From: a virus
Length of the DNA stretch: 64,000 nt
Reading direction: 5' to 3' (one strand)
IMG/VR virus record: IMGVR_UViG_3300043673_000021
Coordinates: 33,626 to 97,625 of that record
Made by a program: the position numbers and the translations under genes. Of this stretch, positions 19,069 to 29,346 are shown in pieces. Positions within the stretch are counted from its first letter, which is position 1; every line of letters begins with the position of its first letter. The notes beneath the pieces were generated by a model. The model did not search any database, had not been told where the DNA came from, and saw only the letters and a list, made by a program, of their open reading frames with translations.

Positions 19069-19511
19069 GCTATCTCCTCAACTTTCCAATGCTCCATGCA
19101 ATAGTCCACATCCTCGCCAACGCTCCGATGGTGCGCATCGCAGCAAGGCTGGTCGCAGGTTCCCTTGACCGCCAGCCGCGCATTGCCCTCCACGCCGATT
19201 CGTAGCGGCTGGGCCTCGATGCCGTTCCAGATCCAGGTCACCACCACCCACTCGTCCCGGCGCTCGACCGATATCAGCGTCCGCGCCTCCCTGCCGCTGG
19301 AGAACGGGAAGATACGGTCGTCGGCCTTCAGGCTCTTGGCCGGCACCTGCTTCTGACGTTCGACGGGCCAGTCGCAGAGCTTGGTCGAGCGCGCGGTGCA
19401 GAAGGCACATTGCTTGGGCGCGGGGGTTCCGCAGATGATCGCGGTAGCGCCTAGCATGTTGAGAACTCGGCAGGGCATTAGGTGGTCTCCATAAACGCCG
19501 TCTCGGCGCAA
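19065..19511 (-). CDS. Cys-rich hypothetical protein
   Basis: CAFC..LCDW...TCDQPCC...DYCMEH. Confidence 0.55.
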   Translation of the reverse strand: MRRDGVYGDHLMPCRVLNMLGATAIICGTPAPKQCAFCTARSTKLCDWPVERQKQVPAKSLKADDRIFPFSSGREARTLISVERRDEWVVVTWIWNGIEAQPLRIGVEGNARLAVKGTCDQPCCDAHHRSVGEDVDYCMEHWKVEEIA

Positions 19512-19915
19512 TCAACACCGAACATTTGGAGCGCCGTATCAAGGCACCCGCCAACACTCGCCAGAATGAACTCGTCCCCGCGAATGATCGCAGCCGCCAG
19601 CCTGTGATTACCATCCTGCACAATCCAATCGACATGGCATCGGAGTGAGGGGATTCCAATGTCCACTTCAATGGCGTCATTCCATCCATGGACCACAAAG
19701 TAAGCGATACGTCGCAAGTGCGCCTCATATGATCTCAGCGGACGGAAAATCGGAATTCCGGCTTCATCGGCGCGTACAGCAGGAGTGTCTCTAAATTGTC
19801 TGGCAACTACGGCCAGTCGAACAGTTTCAGGATCGATGCGCCCGCATCCCCATGGGTCGCCAAGAAATGGGTTGCAATACTGGCGAAGGATGGCGACTGG
19901 CAATTGTACGGGCAT
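19478..19915 (-). CDS. ParB/Srx-like domain protein
   Basis: IVQDGNHRLAAA motif. Confidence 0.7.
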   Translation of the reverse strand: MPVQLPVAILRQYCNPFLGDPWGCGRIDPETVRLAVVARQFRDTPAVRADEAGIPIFRPLRSYEAHLRRIAYFVVHGWNDAIEVDIGIPSLRCHVDWIVQDGNHRLAAAIIRGDEFILASVGGCLDTALQMFGVDCAETAFMETT

Positions 19916-20604
19916 TAGTTATCACCTTCCGTCGCCGGGTCATCCGGATCAGCAACCCCCAGCGATCCTTGCTCAACGGCCTCGTTCATCATGGAGTCGA
20001 GAAAGCGCGTCAGTGGCGTGCTGCCGTCTTCGCCCTCATCGTTCATCGCGCGGCAGACATCCTTGGCGAACTCAAGCGGATCGGCGATTGTAGCCTCTCG
20101 CTTGAAATCGTTAGCCGCTTCATCGAACGGGTTGTTGCCTTCGCCGTGCTCGAACGCAAAGGCTAGCGTCTCTACGCCGATGGAGATCACCAGCCGACCG
20201 TCTTCTACTTCCGCGCGCAGCGGCATACCGTCGCGACCGTCATTTGGTTTCTCTTCGACGTCGGGGTCGCAGGATTTCGCTACACATCCTCTACAGAGTC
20301 CCGGATCAGAGAGATGATCAGCGCCAGCGATCACGCCGATGACGCCGCCACATGCAGTGCAGGACCGGTACCTGTCGTCCGTCCGCACAATCGTCCAAAC
20401 CTGCCACGCCTTGTCCCACGTAAAACCCATGCCTTCCAACTGCTCCCGCATCGCCGTCATCGGCATGTTGGCAAACTGTATAGCCATAACTCGCGGCTCC
20501 TTCGGGTGATTCAGCCATGAGTACCAGCGCACCAAATACTGGTTGCTGAGGCTGAGCACGATTGACTGGAACTGGTCTAGGGTCATGCGCATACCTCCGA
20601 CCAA
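19915..20604 (-). CDS. Hypothetical protein
   Basis: 229-aa ORF in a coupled run. Confidence 0.6.
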   Translation of the reverse strand: MVGGMRMTLDQFQSIVLSLSNQYLVRWYSWLNHPKEPRVMAIQFANMPMTAMREQLEGMGFTWDKAWQVWTIVRTDDRYRSCTACGGVIGVIAGADHLSDPGLCRGCVAKSCDPDVEEKPNDGRDGMPLRAEVEDGRLVISIGVETLAFAFEHGEGNNPFDEAANDFKREATIADPLEFAKDVCRAMNDEGEDGSTPLTRFLDSMMNEAVEQGSLGVADPDDPATEGDN

Positions 20605-21674
20605 TCGAACTCCGTAACATACGGATTGCGCGCAGTCCCGCGCAAACTCGATTGCGGCAAAGTAAGCACGGCCTCATTCAGCCAGCCGATGTACTCGCGC
20701 ACTGGTCGCCCATCCCACGTGCCAGTCCATCCATGGCGGTCAACCACCCCAACTACAGCGTCAGTTGCAGTAGCCGACTTGACGCGCACGAAGTCACCGC
20801 TGGCGGTGTATGCGTAGTCGCCGGGCGGGTAGCAGCCGGGGTAAATCTGCCGGCGCGCCAGCCATTCGAGGACGGCGGGATCATTGGCCATCGGCGGCAG
20901 CGGTGGACGGTCATGCCATCTCGGGAAGCTATCGCGCTCATTGCGGATCGCGTGAAGACTCACCGGCCAAGTCGGCTCGACGAAGGCCCACGTATCGGTT
21001 TGCTCGCAGGCTTCGCAGAGCCCCGCCTTCCAGCGCAAGCCAATCTGCATTCTGTAGAGGTCCCACGAGTAACGGCAGTTAATTGATCCGCATATCCAGC
21101 AGCCGGGAAGCTCGCCGAGGTGCAGGCTGTATTCGGTGGAACTTCCGAAGCGTGGCTCCGGCACGGGGATGATCGCTTCAACCTGATTGATCAGGCGGAT
21201 GAACTCTAGTCGCTCAAGCGGTGCGCCGGGTTGCTCGGGCTCCCAGTCGGTACCGCCCGGCTGGACTGCTTCGAAATCCTCCGGGGTGAAGACGCCAAGA
21301 TCCCAGCGCGGCCGGGGAGTATGGAAGCGATACTGTCCCGCGATAGTCGATTCGACGAACCGCAGAATGACCTTACCAGTGGCTCCGCATCGGCGGCAGT
21401 CCTGATAGTCAACGTGGTCTTCGTCGTTCCAATCTACCCATTTGTATTCGCCAGTTCCCTTGCAGGCCTTACACGAACGCTCGACACCGATAATGCGCTG
21501 AGTCGCCATGCCCAGTTTCATCGCTGCGCCAATGGCCATCTTTTTCCATGCGTATATCCGACTCGGCATCTCGTGCATGTCGAGTTGGTCCTTATACTCG
21601 AGACGCGCCCACGCATTGAGTCTTGCCAGCGGCGGCATGATCGACAGGAGTTTCTCTTGGTCTGTCATTAGCAT
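20583..21674 (-). CDS. Hypothetical protein with DnaJ-type zinc finger
   Basis: CKACKGTG...CRRCGATG. Confidence 0.6.
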   Translation of the reverse strand: MLMTDQEKLLSIMPPLARLNAWARLEYKDQLDMHEMPSRIYAWKKMAIGAAMKLGMATQRIIGVERSCKACKGTGEYKWVDWNDEDHVDYQDCRRCGATGKVILRFVESTIAGQYRFHTPRPRWDLGVFTPEDFEAVQPGGTDWEPEQPGAPLERLEFIRLINQVEAIIPVPEPRFGSSTEYSLHLGELPGCWICGSINCRYSWDLYRMQIGLRWKAGLCEACEQTDTWAFVEPTWPVSLHAIRNERDSFPRWHDRPPLPPMANDPAVLEWLARRQIYPGCYPPGDYAYTASGDFVRVKSATATDAVVGVVDRHGWTGTWDGRPVREYIGWLNEAVLTLPQSSLRGTARNPYVTEFDWSEVCA

Positions 21675-22366
21675 TCCACCGCCATCGATTGTTCGTCGCT
21701 AAGGCTTGGATCAAACACGCGGGTGCGCCCCTTGCGCGGGTTCTTGGGAGGATCTCCCTTTCGCACGGGGTACCAGCCGTAGTCGCCCTCGTACATCTCA
21801 AGATGCGGCGCATGGACGTCGATCGCCGATTGGACGAACTCCAGAGTGTGGTTAGTTGCGAAGGCTGTACCTTGATAAGCACGGCCCTTGCGCTTCTGCC
21901 GGTGATACCAGTTAGGGTTACAGACGGTCACTCGAGACGGCCCTTCGAGTGTCGAGGTGCTAACGATTGGCCCGATCTGGGCAGATACCGCGGAAGCCCC
22001 GCTACTCCACGGTCCTGTTAATGTAAGCACCCGACCATTGAGGACGCAACAGACGTCCCGGTTAGTTCTGGAGCCGAAGTCGCGCTCATGGCGTGCGCAG
22101 TCTTTCCATTGCGATGCGTCCCAATCGTCGGCCATGTGGAGTTCGAACTTGGCGAATCCGAAGCCATTGTGGTCGTTTCGGTTGTGGTATAGATATCGGA
22201 CCTCGCCATCCTTTACGGCATAGAATAGGTTGCCGTTTTGGTTCCACCTAAACTCTGATGAAGGAGTAAGCACGCGGTCACGCTTGAGGACGAATTGCAG
22301 TTGTGGATTGTTGCCGAACTGCTCCATCCATTCCACTTCAACTCGGCAGATGTCTTGTGTCTTCAT
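21668..22366 (-). CDS. Hypothetical phage protein
   Basis: 232-aa ORF with AAGGA RBS. Confidence 0.65.
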   Translation of the reverse strand: MKTQDICRVEVEWMEQFGNNPQLQFVLKRDRVLTPSSEFRWNQNGNLFYAVKDGEVRYLYHNRNDHNGFGFAKFELHMADDWDASQWKDCARHERDFGSRTNRDVCCVLNGRVLTLTGPWSSGASAVSAQIGPIVSTSTLEGPSRVTVCNPNWYHRQKRKGRAYQGTAFATNHTLEFVQSAIDVHAPHLEMYEGDYGWYPVRKGDPPKNPRKGRTRVFDPSLSDEQSMAVEC

Positions 22367-22622
22367 TTGTTCCTTGCCTCCGCCTGTGCCTTCCGTAACT
22401 TCGCCGGGTGACTGAACCTGCTTCGCTCTTCCGGTTGCGCCAGTATCTCCGCGATACGTTCGCGGCTCAGGAGTGCTCTCGGCGTGTCAACCGCTCGCTT
22501 GCACAATTCATTGAGTTCTTGCCAGTCCGAGATGTCATACCCCACCGCGCGGGACTGCGGAACCTCTGCCGCCTGAATGTACGCGCTCGTGCCACCGGGG
22601 GTGGTTTGTTTGTTGCGGGTGA

Positions 22623-22829
22623 TCATGCCTTCCGTCCTTCCTGCCGCTCTTGCGCCTCGGATATCGCGCGCCGGATCTTCCCAAGGTTCTCCGTGTAAGG
22701 AGCGCGGTCCTTGTCCAGTCGAACCTTCGACCATTCGCCCGTCACGAATCCTTGGATCACATCCCAATCGCCGGACTCCAGCGTTACCGTCACCGGCGTC
22801 GCCATTCGATCAAGCGTTGGCTTGCTCAC
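22623..22829 (-). CDS. Hypothetical protein
   Basis: GTGA coupling, GGAGG RBS. Confidence 0.5.
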   Translation of the reverse strand: MSKPTLDRMATPVTVTLESGDWDVIQGFVTGEWSKVRLDKDRAPYTENLGKIRRAISEAQERQEGRKA

Positions 22830-23090
22830 TTGGCCTCCATCATTCGTTCGAGCGCGGCAATCTCCGCATCAGTGACGATCTGCCATTGCTCGGGGTATTT
22901 GTCCAGAAGTCTCAGCGCCGTATCCCAGTAGACGAACTTAGATTGGTCGTATTCGTTACCCGTGATGAACGGGATGTCGATAATCTCGAACTTCCGACCG
23001 CCAGGGAGCCCGACGTGGGTTCCGGGGGCTGTCAGCGCCTCATCTCTCGTTCCGGCGATACAGACTAGCCAGGATTTGCTCATATGTCGT

Positions 23091-23564
23091 TCACCGCTTG
23101 TATTCCTGGATGTATGTCCCGCAAACGCCGCACGACACATACCAAGGATTACCTTGCGTTCGGAATGTGTTACCTTGCGTTCGGAATGTGTAGGTTACGC
23201 CCTCGCCACATTTGGGACAGGGCAATAGGCCCGAACTTACATCCGATGACTTACGCGCGCCAAAGGAAAGCCAGTCCAGCAAACAAGGGTCTTCTTTGTC
23301 CTTGCCAAAATGAAACCCAGCCAGAGCGAAGTGTGTCCTGATGCCACGCTCTGGCTTACCTCCTCTGTCATACCAGTAGGCTATGTCCGCGCACGTTTCC
23401 GCAGTTTGACGTACCACGGTTTTTGTCCACTGTTCCACGTCGGCAGAATCACTGACCTTTAGCCGATCGATCTCCTCGATCAGTTCAAGTACGGCTTTAC
23501 CGAATCCCTCGGCAATACAGTCCTGCCCTAATAGCTTGAGTTGCGCTATGCGTTCTTTTGTCAT
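23091..23564 (-). CDS. Hypothetical protein with C-terminal Lar-like zinc ribbon
   Basis: LLPCPKCG...YVSCGVCG. Confidence 0.55.
   Translation of the reverse strand: MTKERIAQLKLLGQDCIAEGFGKAVLELIEEIDRLKVSDSADVEQWTKTVVRQTAETCADIAYWYDRGGKPERGIRTHFALAGFHFGKDKEDPCLLDWLSFGARKSSDVSSGLLPCPKCGEGVTYTFRTQGNTFRTQGNPWYVSCGVCGTYIQEYKR
23149..23190. repeat. Perfect in-frame 21-bp tandem duplication TTACCTTGCGTTCGGAATGTG x2
   Basis: Read directly; encodes TFRTQGN twice. Confidence 0.95.
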
Positions 23565-23809
23565 TGCGGACCCCTTCGCATCCTATTGATCGCGGCGACG
23601 GCCTTCATGTTCACGCCCTTATCGCTGGGCACGCATTCGGAAAGCTCGACCTTTGCAACCGCGAATCTTCTATTCGGCTTGCCAAGCGCCATCGCCTGAA
23701 TAAGGTATGCGGCCTTGTTCGCGCCCTCCGCACTATCGTGGGAGCCGTCGATCAGCGTCGGGTTATCGTACTGATCAAGTTCAGCGAGCCAGTATTGAGG
23801 CGTTCTCAT
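23561..23809 (-). CDS. Hypothetical protein
   Basis: ATGA coupling on both sides. Confidence 0.55.
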   Translation of the reverse strand: MRTPQYWLAELDQYDNPTLIDGSHDSAEGANKAAYLIQAMALGKPNRRFAVAKVELSECVPSDKGVNMKAVAAINRMRRGPQ

Positions 23810-24029
23810 GAGAAATGCGCCCCCTCTCCTTCATCGAAAGCGAATACGCAGTGACCACCGCGATAGATCGACGGGTTTTGCTTGGTGATGATACGGATCG
23901 CCCTCTCTCTTGTTTGGCAACTGCCATCGGTTGTGCCAATCTCGGCGAGTAGTTGTTCGCGTGCAGCGGCGACGGACTCAGCGTGTGCCGCCGCAAGGAA
24001 GGTGTGATGATCGCCCCATGTATAGAGGT

Positions 24030-24347
24030 TCATTTCTCCTCCAAGTTCCGCGCGGCAAATAGCCACTCCGGAGCACCACTGAATTGATGCATACCTTCGC
24101 GTAACCACCATTCGACGGAGCGAGCGAGGATCGCGCGGAGTTTGGCTATCTCGGCATCACGCTCGGCCAATGCGCGTTTACCTTCGTGCAGGCAATCCTC
24201 ATAGTTAGCCAACCGCCATTGAAGGACGTTTAGGTTATCGGATGTCCCGCACTGTTCGCCAGTTAACGCGATGAGTCTAACCTGAATATCAGACAAGTTA
24301 TTCTGCGCTTCATTCCAGTGATGTCGCGCCAATTCTAAAGGCGTCAT
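24030..24347 (-). CDS. Hypothetical coiled-coil protein
   Basis: Coupled ORF. Confidence 0.5.
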   Translation of the reverse strand: MTPLELARHHWNEAQNNLSDIQVRLIALTGEQCGTSDNLNVLQWRLANYEDCLHEGKRALAERDAEIAKLRAILARSVEWWLREGMHQFSGAPEWLFAARNLEEK

Positions 24348-24562
24348 AGATAACTGTCCTCATTTTTGCCGTCCTTATTGCACACCCGACACGGCGTTGG
24401 CGGGTCTCCGTGAATGCACTCATCTTGACCGTGACAAAGATCATCGATACATGTGACCATCCAGCCTCTGCCGCCGCAATTCCAGCAACCGCGACTCTCG
24501 AAATCCTCCCACTCTTCGCGGGTCGGCTGCTCATCGTCTAGGGGGTTTAATTCAAAGCCCAT
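24344..24562 (-). CDS. Small Cys-rich zinc-finger protein
   Basis: CWNCGGRG...CIDDLC...CIHGD..CRVC. Confidence 0.6.
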   Translation of the reverse strand: MGFELNPLDDEQPTREEWEDFESRGCWNCGGRGWMVTCIDDLCHGQDECIHGDPPTPCRVCNKDGKNEDSYL

Positions 24563-24850
24563 TCGTGCCCTCCTTCGGAATCACCATCGAAATCGACTCC
24601 CGCATCCTCAACTTCACAACCTCCGCCGTCAGCCGTTGAAGTTGGAGACTGCGCACCTGCTCAAAGCTGCCCAGCATGCTGAGGATGTCGTGCTGGAGGG
24701 TTGCGTTCGCCGCGCGTAGGTCGGTGACATCGCCCTCAAGAACATCAGCCGCGTATTCGAGGGAGCGCTGATAGAGCATGTGGGCGAGTGCGTAGAGTGT
24801 GGCGTCGTTCATGGCGATGCGGGCTAGGCCTTCGTTTTGATCTTTGATAT

Positions 24851-25162
24851 TCATGGCTTGAGCACCTCTACCTTCACCCACTCACCCGGCGCGAAGCATT
24901 GTGACAGTCTCGATTCATCGCCAGTGAAGAAGTAGAGCTTTGATCTGTCGCTGAAACAAAGCGCTCCCGCTCGTGTGATCTGATAGTTTTCCAGCGCTTT
25001 CGCGCGAGCCTTACTGCCATCTTTGAGGGTTACTTCGTATATCTGGAATTTCTCATTCACCCGCGAATGCCATGAAGAAAACATTCCGCAGAGGCAGAAC
25101 AAAACAAGCCCGGCAGTCGGCATCACGACCATTAACCAAACCTCGCGGCTCATCGTTTCCAC
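24851..25162 (-). CDS. Hypothetical protein with N-terminal membrane anchor
   Basis: Hydrophobic N-terminus. Confidence 0.5.
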   Translation of the reverse strand: METMSREVWLMVVMPTAGLVLFCLCGMFSSWHSRVNEKFQIYEVTLKDGSKARAKALENYQITRAGALCFSDRSKLYFFTGDESRLSQCFAPGEWVKVEVLKP

Positions 25163-25388
25163 CTCGAACTCAGCTTCGGGTCGAACCTCGGCTTCACCTC
25201 GGGCAGGTCGGTCTTACCGGGCTCAACCCTTAGCCAGCACTGGCCATAGTCTGCTGTCCTGCCGTTAGCCCATCTAACGAACGCGGTATGTGCACAGACA
25301 GAAAGAACCGTGCCAATCTGCTTTTGGTTAAAGATGTCTACTCCTTTGTCAATCGCGTCTTCATTTAGGCGCACCTGTGATCCGCGCG

Positions 25389-25961
25389 TCATGCGACTGT
25401 TTCCTCCCTCTCAAACATTGACCCCTCCCGAATACTCGCTACCTTTTCCGGCCATGTAACCGGCATGCCTGTGGCGGTCTGGTTAATTGCTTCCCATCGG
25501 CGCTTGTCTTGTTTGTAAATCGCCTGTTCTCTACGAAGCAAATCATCCTGCTTGCCCCAATTGGCGGCATTGTGGCCCTTGACCGTTGCCGCGAGTGCCC
25601 ACCCCGCTCCTCGTAAACTTGCGCCGGACTCTTCAGTGAGCGTGTAAGTTAGAATCTTCCGGCCGCCCATCTCGAACCAGATACGACGGCAAGCTCCATA
25701 GAGAAGGGAATTGCAATTCCGTGGCGCTTCGGGTAGAACACAGGCGCGGAGAACTTCAGCCGTAAAGCCATCCATTAACGTCGCTGAAAGAGGATTGCCG
25801 ACGATGGCAACACCTACTATCTGCGGACCGAGCGCAACAGCGATTGCAAACTTTCCACCGTCTCGCGACGTGCGCAGGTTATGACGATGGAAGATCTCCA
25901 CGAAGTCATTTGCCTTGCGCAACGTGCACGGAACGACGCGAAGTTTGTCCGCTGGAACCAT
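25389..25961 (-). CDS. XF1762-family (Mom/GNAT-like) putative DNA-modification protein
   Basis: ANDFVEIFHRH...GVAIVGNP...AEVLR...NCNSLLYGA...ILTYTL.EESGASLRGAGW. Confidence 0.78.
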   Translation of the reverse strand: MVPADKLRVVPCTLRKANDFVEIFHRHNLRTSRDGGKFAIAVALGPQIVGVAIVGNPLSATLMDGFTAEVLRACVLPEAPRNCNSLLYGACRRIWFEMGGRKILTYTLTEESGASLRGAGWALAATVKGHNAANWGKQDDLLRREQAIYKQDKRRWEAINQTATGMPVTWPEKVASIREGSMFEREETVA

Positions 25962-26200
25962 CAGCGGGTCGCCTCCCCAAACAAACTCGCCTGCCCAACC
26001 GGCGCTACCTCGCCGCCCAACTCGCGCCGCCATTCGTCCAGTGACACCGTCGTGTGGCCGAAGTCCGTACCGTTGATCGAGGTGCGATAGCGGACGGACT
26101 GCGCATCGACGGCAACCACGGTTCGCTGGTAGACTCCGGGCTTCGGGCGCAGTTCGAGGATGTCGCCGGGGGATGGATTGCTGGCTATGGAACGGGTCAT
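25961..26200 (-). CDS. Hypothetical protein
   Basis: Coupled on both sides. Confidence 0.5.
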   Translation of the reverse strand: MTRSIASNPSPGDILELRPKPGVYQRTVVAVDAQSVRYRTSINGTDFGHTTVSLDEWRRELGGEVAPVGQASLFGEATR

Positions 26201-28749
26201 GCTGCTGGCTCCTCTTCGGTAGCAATCAGGTCAAATAGCGTCGGCATACTCACCTTCTGTTCGGCGGCTTTGCAGTAAGCCACGCCATCTTTCCAGTACT
26301 GCGGGCTAAGTTCGATTCCGTAACCGCGGCGGCCTTTGAGAATCGCTCGGTAGGGAACGGAGCCAATGCCCGCGAAGGGGTCCAACACTAAGTCTCCAGG
26401 GTTGGAGTATCGGCCAATCAGCCGGTCGATGATATCTAGCTGCAGAGGGCAGACATGGAACTCCTGCCGCTTTCTAGACTGCTCCATATTGAGCGTCCGT
26501 GCCCGCATCACGTCATCCCACATCCATGGCGATTTGACGACAGGCGGCAGAAGCATGAAACTCGCAGGCAAGAGGCCCTTGTCCTCGAGGGATTGAGCGA
26601 CGCCGACATGCTGCTCGTAGTCGTATACGTGCGATGCAGAGTACGATTTCCAGAGCTTAGCCAGCGACTCAGAAGTCATCTCCTGGATTTCTTCCGGAGA
26701 GAGGAACCGGTCACCACGGCTACGCCAGAAGCTTGAGGCATCGAACTGCCAGCGTGACCTAGTGTAGTCGTCCTTCGACTTCACTACTGGAATATCGGCG
26801 TAGGCGTTCTTTGTGTCGGTCGGCAGCTTGCGGAATAGCAGAACGTATTCCGGAGAGCCGACGCCCATCTTGGTTCCGTCCTTGGAGTTCTCGGTCCATC
26901 CAAGGCGATAGGTTTGCCCGTTTTCGCGCACCACATCGGTGTCGATCGATATGCGCCCGCAATAACGGAAGCCGTGCTTCTTGAAGGCGGCGACGCACTT
27001 ATCGCTGAATTCGTTGACGGTATACATACCGTCGCCACTGACCGACCCGTAAACCAAGCGGTCTTTCGCGTGAACGCAACACATCCGGCCCGGCTGCAGG
27101 ATCCGGAGAAGTTCAGGCGTCAGGAATTCCATCTGCGTGAAGAACCCCTCATCGCCGTCGTTATGGCCGAAGTCGTTGTACAGTTCCGTGTATTCGTAAT
27201 GGTCGGAAAACGGCACCGAAGTTACGATTAGATCAACCGAGTTATCAGGCAAATCAAAGCATTCGAAAACGTTGTCGCGATTGACCGCAGTGAAGAGGTC
27301 GCCAGTCTCCGCGCGCCGCTCAAGACTAATCTGTCGGCACATCTCCTCTACCGCGCCGCCGGGGTTTAGCCCGAACTCAGCTAGGACGCCTGCCATCTTG
27401 GCGCGGAGAACAATGTCTTGTTCCCACTTCCGCATTAGGTCATCGTGGATACTGTCTTCAGACTCCGTGTAGATGAGGTGGATCTCAACTTCGTGAGTCT
27501 GGAGGAAGCGTTGTATTCTCGCGATGGCTTGATAGAAATCGTTGAACTTCCAGCCGATTCCTAAGAAGATTGCCGAATAGCAATGCCTTTGTAGGTTGCA
27601 CCCACTTCCAGACAATCGGGGTTTCGTGCCGAAGATCCGAATCCTGCCTTCAGAGAAATCCTTCACTCGTTTCTCGCGGATTTCAAGATCTTGCGATCCC
27701 CAGATGCTTACGATTTCCGGTATGGCCTTGTCTAGCGCCTCGCGCTCGGCTTCGAGGTCATGCCATACCAGCCAATTACGATCTGGCCCGCCGTCTTCGA
27801 TGATCTTCCGCGCGACGGCAACACGATCCTGCAGGCTGTCTCTTTTCTCCCTGCACGCATCCGGCAGACTCAACGCCGCATCGCGGATCAGCTTCCCTTG
27901 TCCCCATGAATCGTAACCCGCCGTCGAATGGTCGACAGGTATACGGTGTCGAATGATCTTGAGCGGCTGGAGATCATATCCCGCGTCGCTATGGCCAAGC
28001 TCCGATGGCTTGTTAAGGAATACGGCCCAAGTGTTCAGCCATAGGTAGAACTCGCGCGCCTTGTGCGGATGAAGCTGTAGGTTCCCGGCTTCCTCAGAGT
28101 CGCGTTTGAAAAACCTCGTGAGCGCTTGGCCGCTATCCATTACTCCCAGAAAAGCCGCGTAGTGAATCAGTTCCTTGAAACGATTAGGCGACGGCGTTGC
28201 AGTGGCAACGAACTTGAACTGTACCTTGTCAAATAGAGTTAGGAATGTCTGATAGGTTTTGGAGCCGAACGATCTGAGGATCGAAGCTTCGTCCAAGGAA
28301 ACGACCGTGAATAGGTTGGGGTCAAGCTGCCCGTCACGGACCCGCTCGTAATTCGTCAGGAAATAGCGATGGCCTTGCGCGTAGAATTCGGCCCATTCCT
28401 GATCGGTGCGAACGTAGACGTAATCGATGCCGAAGAACTCCCGCGCGTCACGGACGAATTCAGCTTTGACCCCGAGAGGGCAAACGATCAGTCCGGAGCC
28501 ACCAGGGTTAGCCCCCAGAATGACATGCTGAATCTGGATCTGGATCAGACTCTTGCCGAGTCCGAAAGCCGCGAAGATCGCCCGGTTACCGCCCCGGATC
28601 GCCCACGCTGCGATATCGCGCTGGTGGGGGAATAGCCGTGGGTTCAGTTCGAAGTCACCCACTAATCCTCGGTCGACGGCCGTCACGGCCTTAGATCGGA
28701 GGAACTTCAGGTACAGCGCTAGGCGTTCGTTTGTTGCTTCTGTCGTCAC
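26197..28749 (-). CDS. SNF2-like helicase fused to a beta-class N4/N6 DNA methyltransferase
   Basis: FGLGKS, LDEASIL, TATPSPN, QAIARIQR; then DLIVTSVPF, HVCPLQ, VLDPFAGIGS, GIEL. Confidence 0.9.
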   Translation of the reverse strand: MTTEATNERLALYLKFLRSKAVTAVDRGLVGDFELNPRLFPHQRDIAAWAIRGGNRAIFAAFGLGKSLIQIQIQHVILGANPGGSGLIVCPLGVKAEFVRDAREFFGIDYVYVRTDQEWAEFYAQGHRYFLTNYERVRDGQLDPNLFTVVSLDEASILRSFGSKTYQTFLTLFDKVQFKFVATATPSPNRFKELIHYAAFLGVMDSGQALTRFFKRDSEEAGNLQLHPHKAREFYLWLNTWAVFLNKPSELGHSDAGYDLQPLKIIRHRIPVDHSTAGYDSWGQGKLIRDAALSLPDACREKRDSLQDRVAVARKIIEDGGPDRNWLVWHDLEAEREALDKAIPEIVSIWGSQDLEIREKRVKDFSEGRIRIFGTKPRLSGSGCNLQRHCYSAIFLGIGWKFNDFYQAIARIQRFLQTHEVEIHLIYTESEDSIHDDLMRKWEQDIVLRAKMAGVLAEFGLNPGGAVEEMCRQISLERRAETGDLFTAVNRDNVFECFDLPDNSVDLIVTSVPFSDHYEYTELYNDFGHNDGDEGFFTQMEFLTPELLRILQPGRMCCVHAKDRLVYGSVSGDGMYTVNEFSDKCVAAFKKHGFRYCGRISIDTDVVRENGQTYRLGWTENSKDGTKMGVGSPEYVLLFRKLPTDTKNAYADIPVVKSKDDYTRSRWQFDASSFWRSRGDRFLSPEEIQEMTSESLAKLWKSYSASHVYDYEQHVGVAQSLEDKGLLPASFMLLPPVVKSPWMWDDVMRARTLNMEQSRKRQEFHVCPLQLDIIDRLIGRYSNPGDLVLDPFAGIGSVPYRAILKGRRGYGIELSPQYWKDGVAYCKAAEQKVSMPTLFDLIATEEEPAA

Positions 28750-28991
28750 TACTTAATCCCCCTGATCGCGCGGTACCGCTCAAACCAAACATCGGCCTTG
28801 GCGTGGTTACTCGACTCGGCCTCCGCCAACTGGAGGCAGACCTTGCCGACCCACATGATGAGAAACTCCCAGCCCCACTCGGCGATCACCTTGCGGATTG
28901 CGGCTGCTGCGAAGTCGCCCGCGCATGCGCTTTGGTACTTACCGTTCTCGCCGCGGACCTTGATTTGGACGGTCATTTGTCTCTCCTCCAT
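28749..28991 (-). CDS. Hypothetical protein
   Basis: ORF in the run. Confidence 0.45.
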   Translation of the reverse strand: MEERQMTVQIKVRGENGKYQSACAGDFAAAAIRKVIAEWGWEFLIMWVGKVCLQLAEAESSNHAKADVWFERYRAIRGIK

Positions 28992-29269
28992 GCCTTAACG
29001 AACGATGGGACGTCCTGCACGTTCTCAATCAAACTCCATTGCCCGCGCCACATCTTCTGAAACTTCATTTCGTCCGGCGTAAGCTTTCGCTTGCATGGAT
29101 CTTGATTAGGGTTCTTGACCTCAACGAGATAGTTGCTGAGGTCGCAACCGATCAAAAGATCCGGACATCCTTTGCCCATTGCGGCCAGTGATAGCACTGT
29201 GCATCCCAACGCCTCGAAGGCCGTCACGATATCTGGATGGTTGTCGTCTACTCGCGCTGCTCGTCGCAT
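28973..29269 (-). CDS. VRR-NUC-like PD-(D/E)xK nuclease, putative Holliday junction resolvase
   Basis: RVDDNH...GCPDLLIG...LVEVK...LTPDE..F. Confidence 0.8.
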   Translation of the reverse strand: MRRAARVDDNHPDIVTAFEALGCTVLSLAAMGKGCPDLLIGCDLSNYLVEVKNPNQDPCKRKLTPDEMKFQKMWRGQWSLIENVQDVPSFVKAWRRDK

Positions 29270-29346
29270 TCAAGATCCTCAGGTTTACAGCTCCAAAACT
29301 ATTAAACAAGAGCCGAGTTGTCCCGGCCCTGTCCTTGCCTTCCGTC

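Noticed and set aside
19478-19915. ParAB partition system
   Set aside because: Only a short ParB/Srx-like domain; no ParA, HTH or parS seen.
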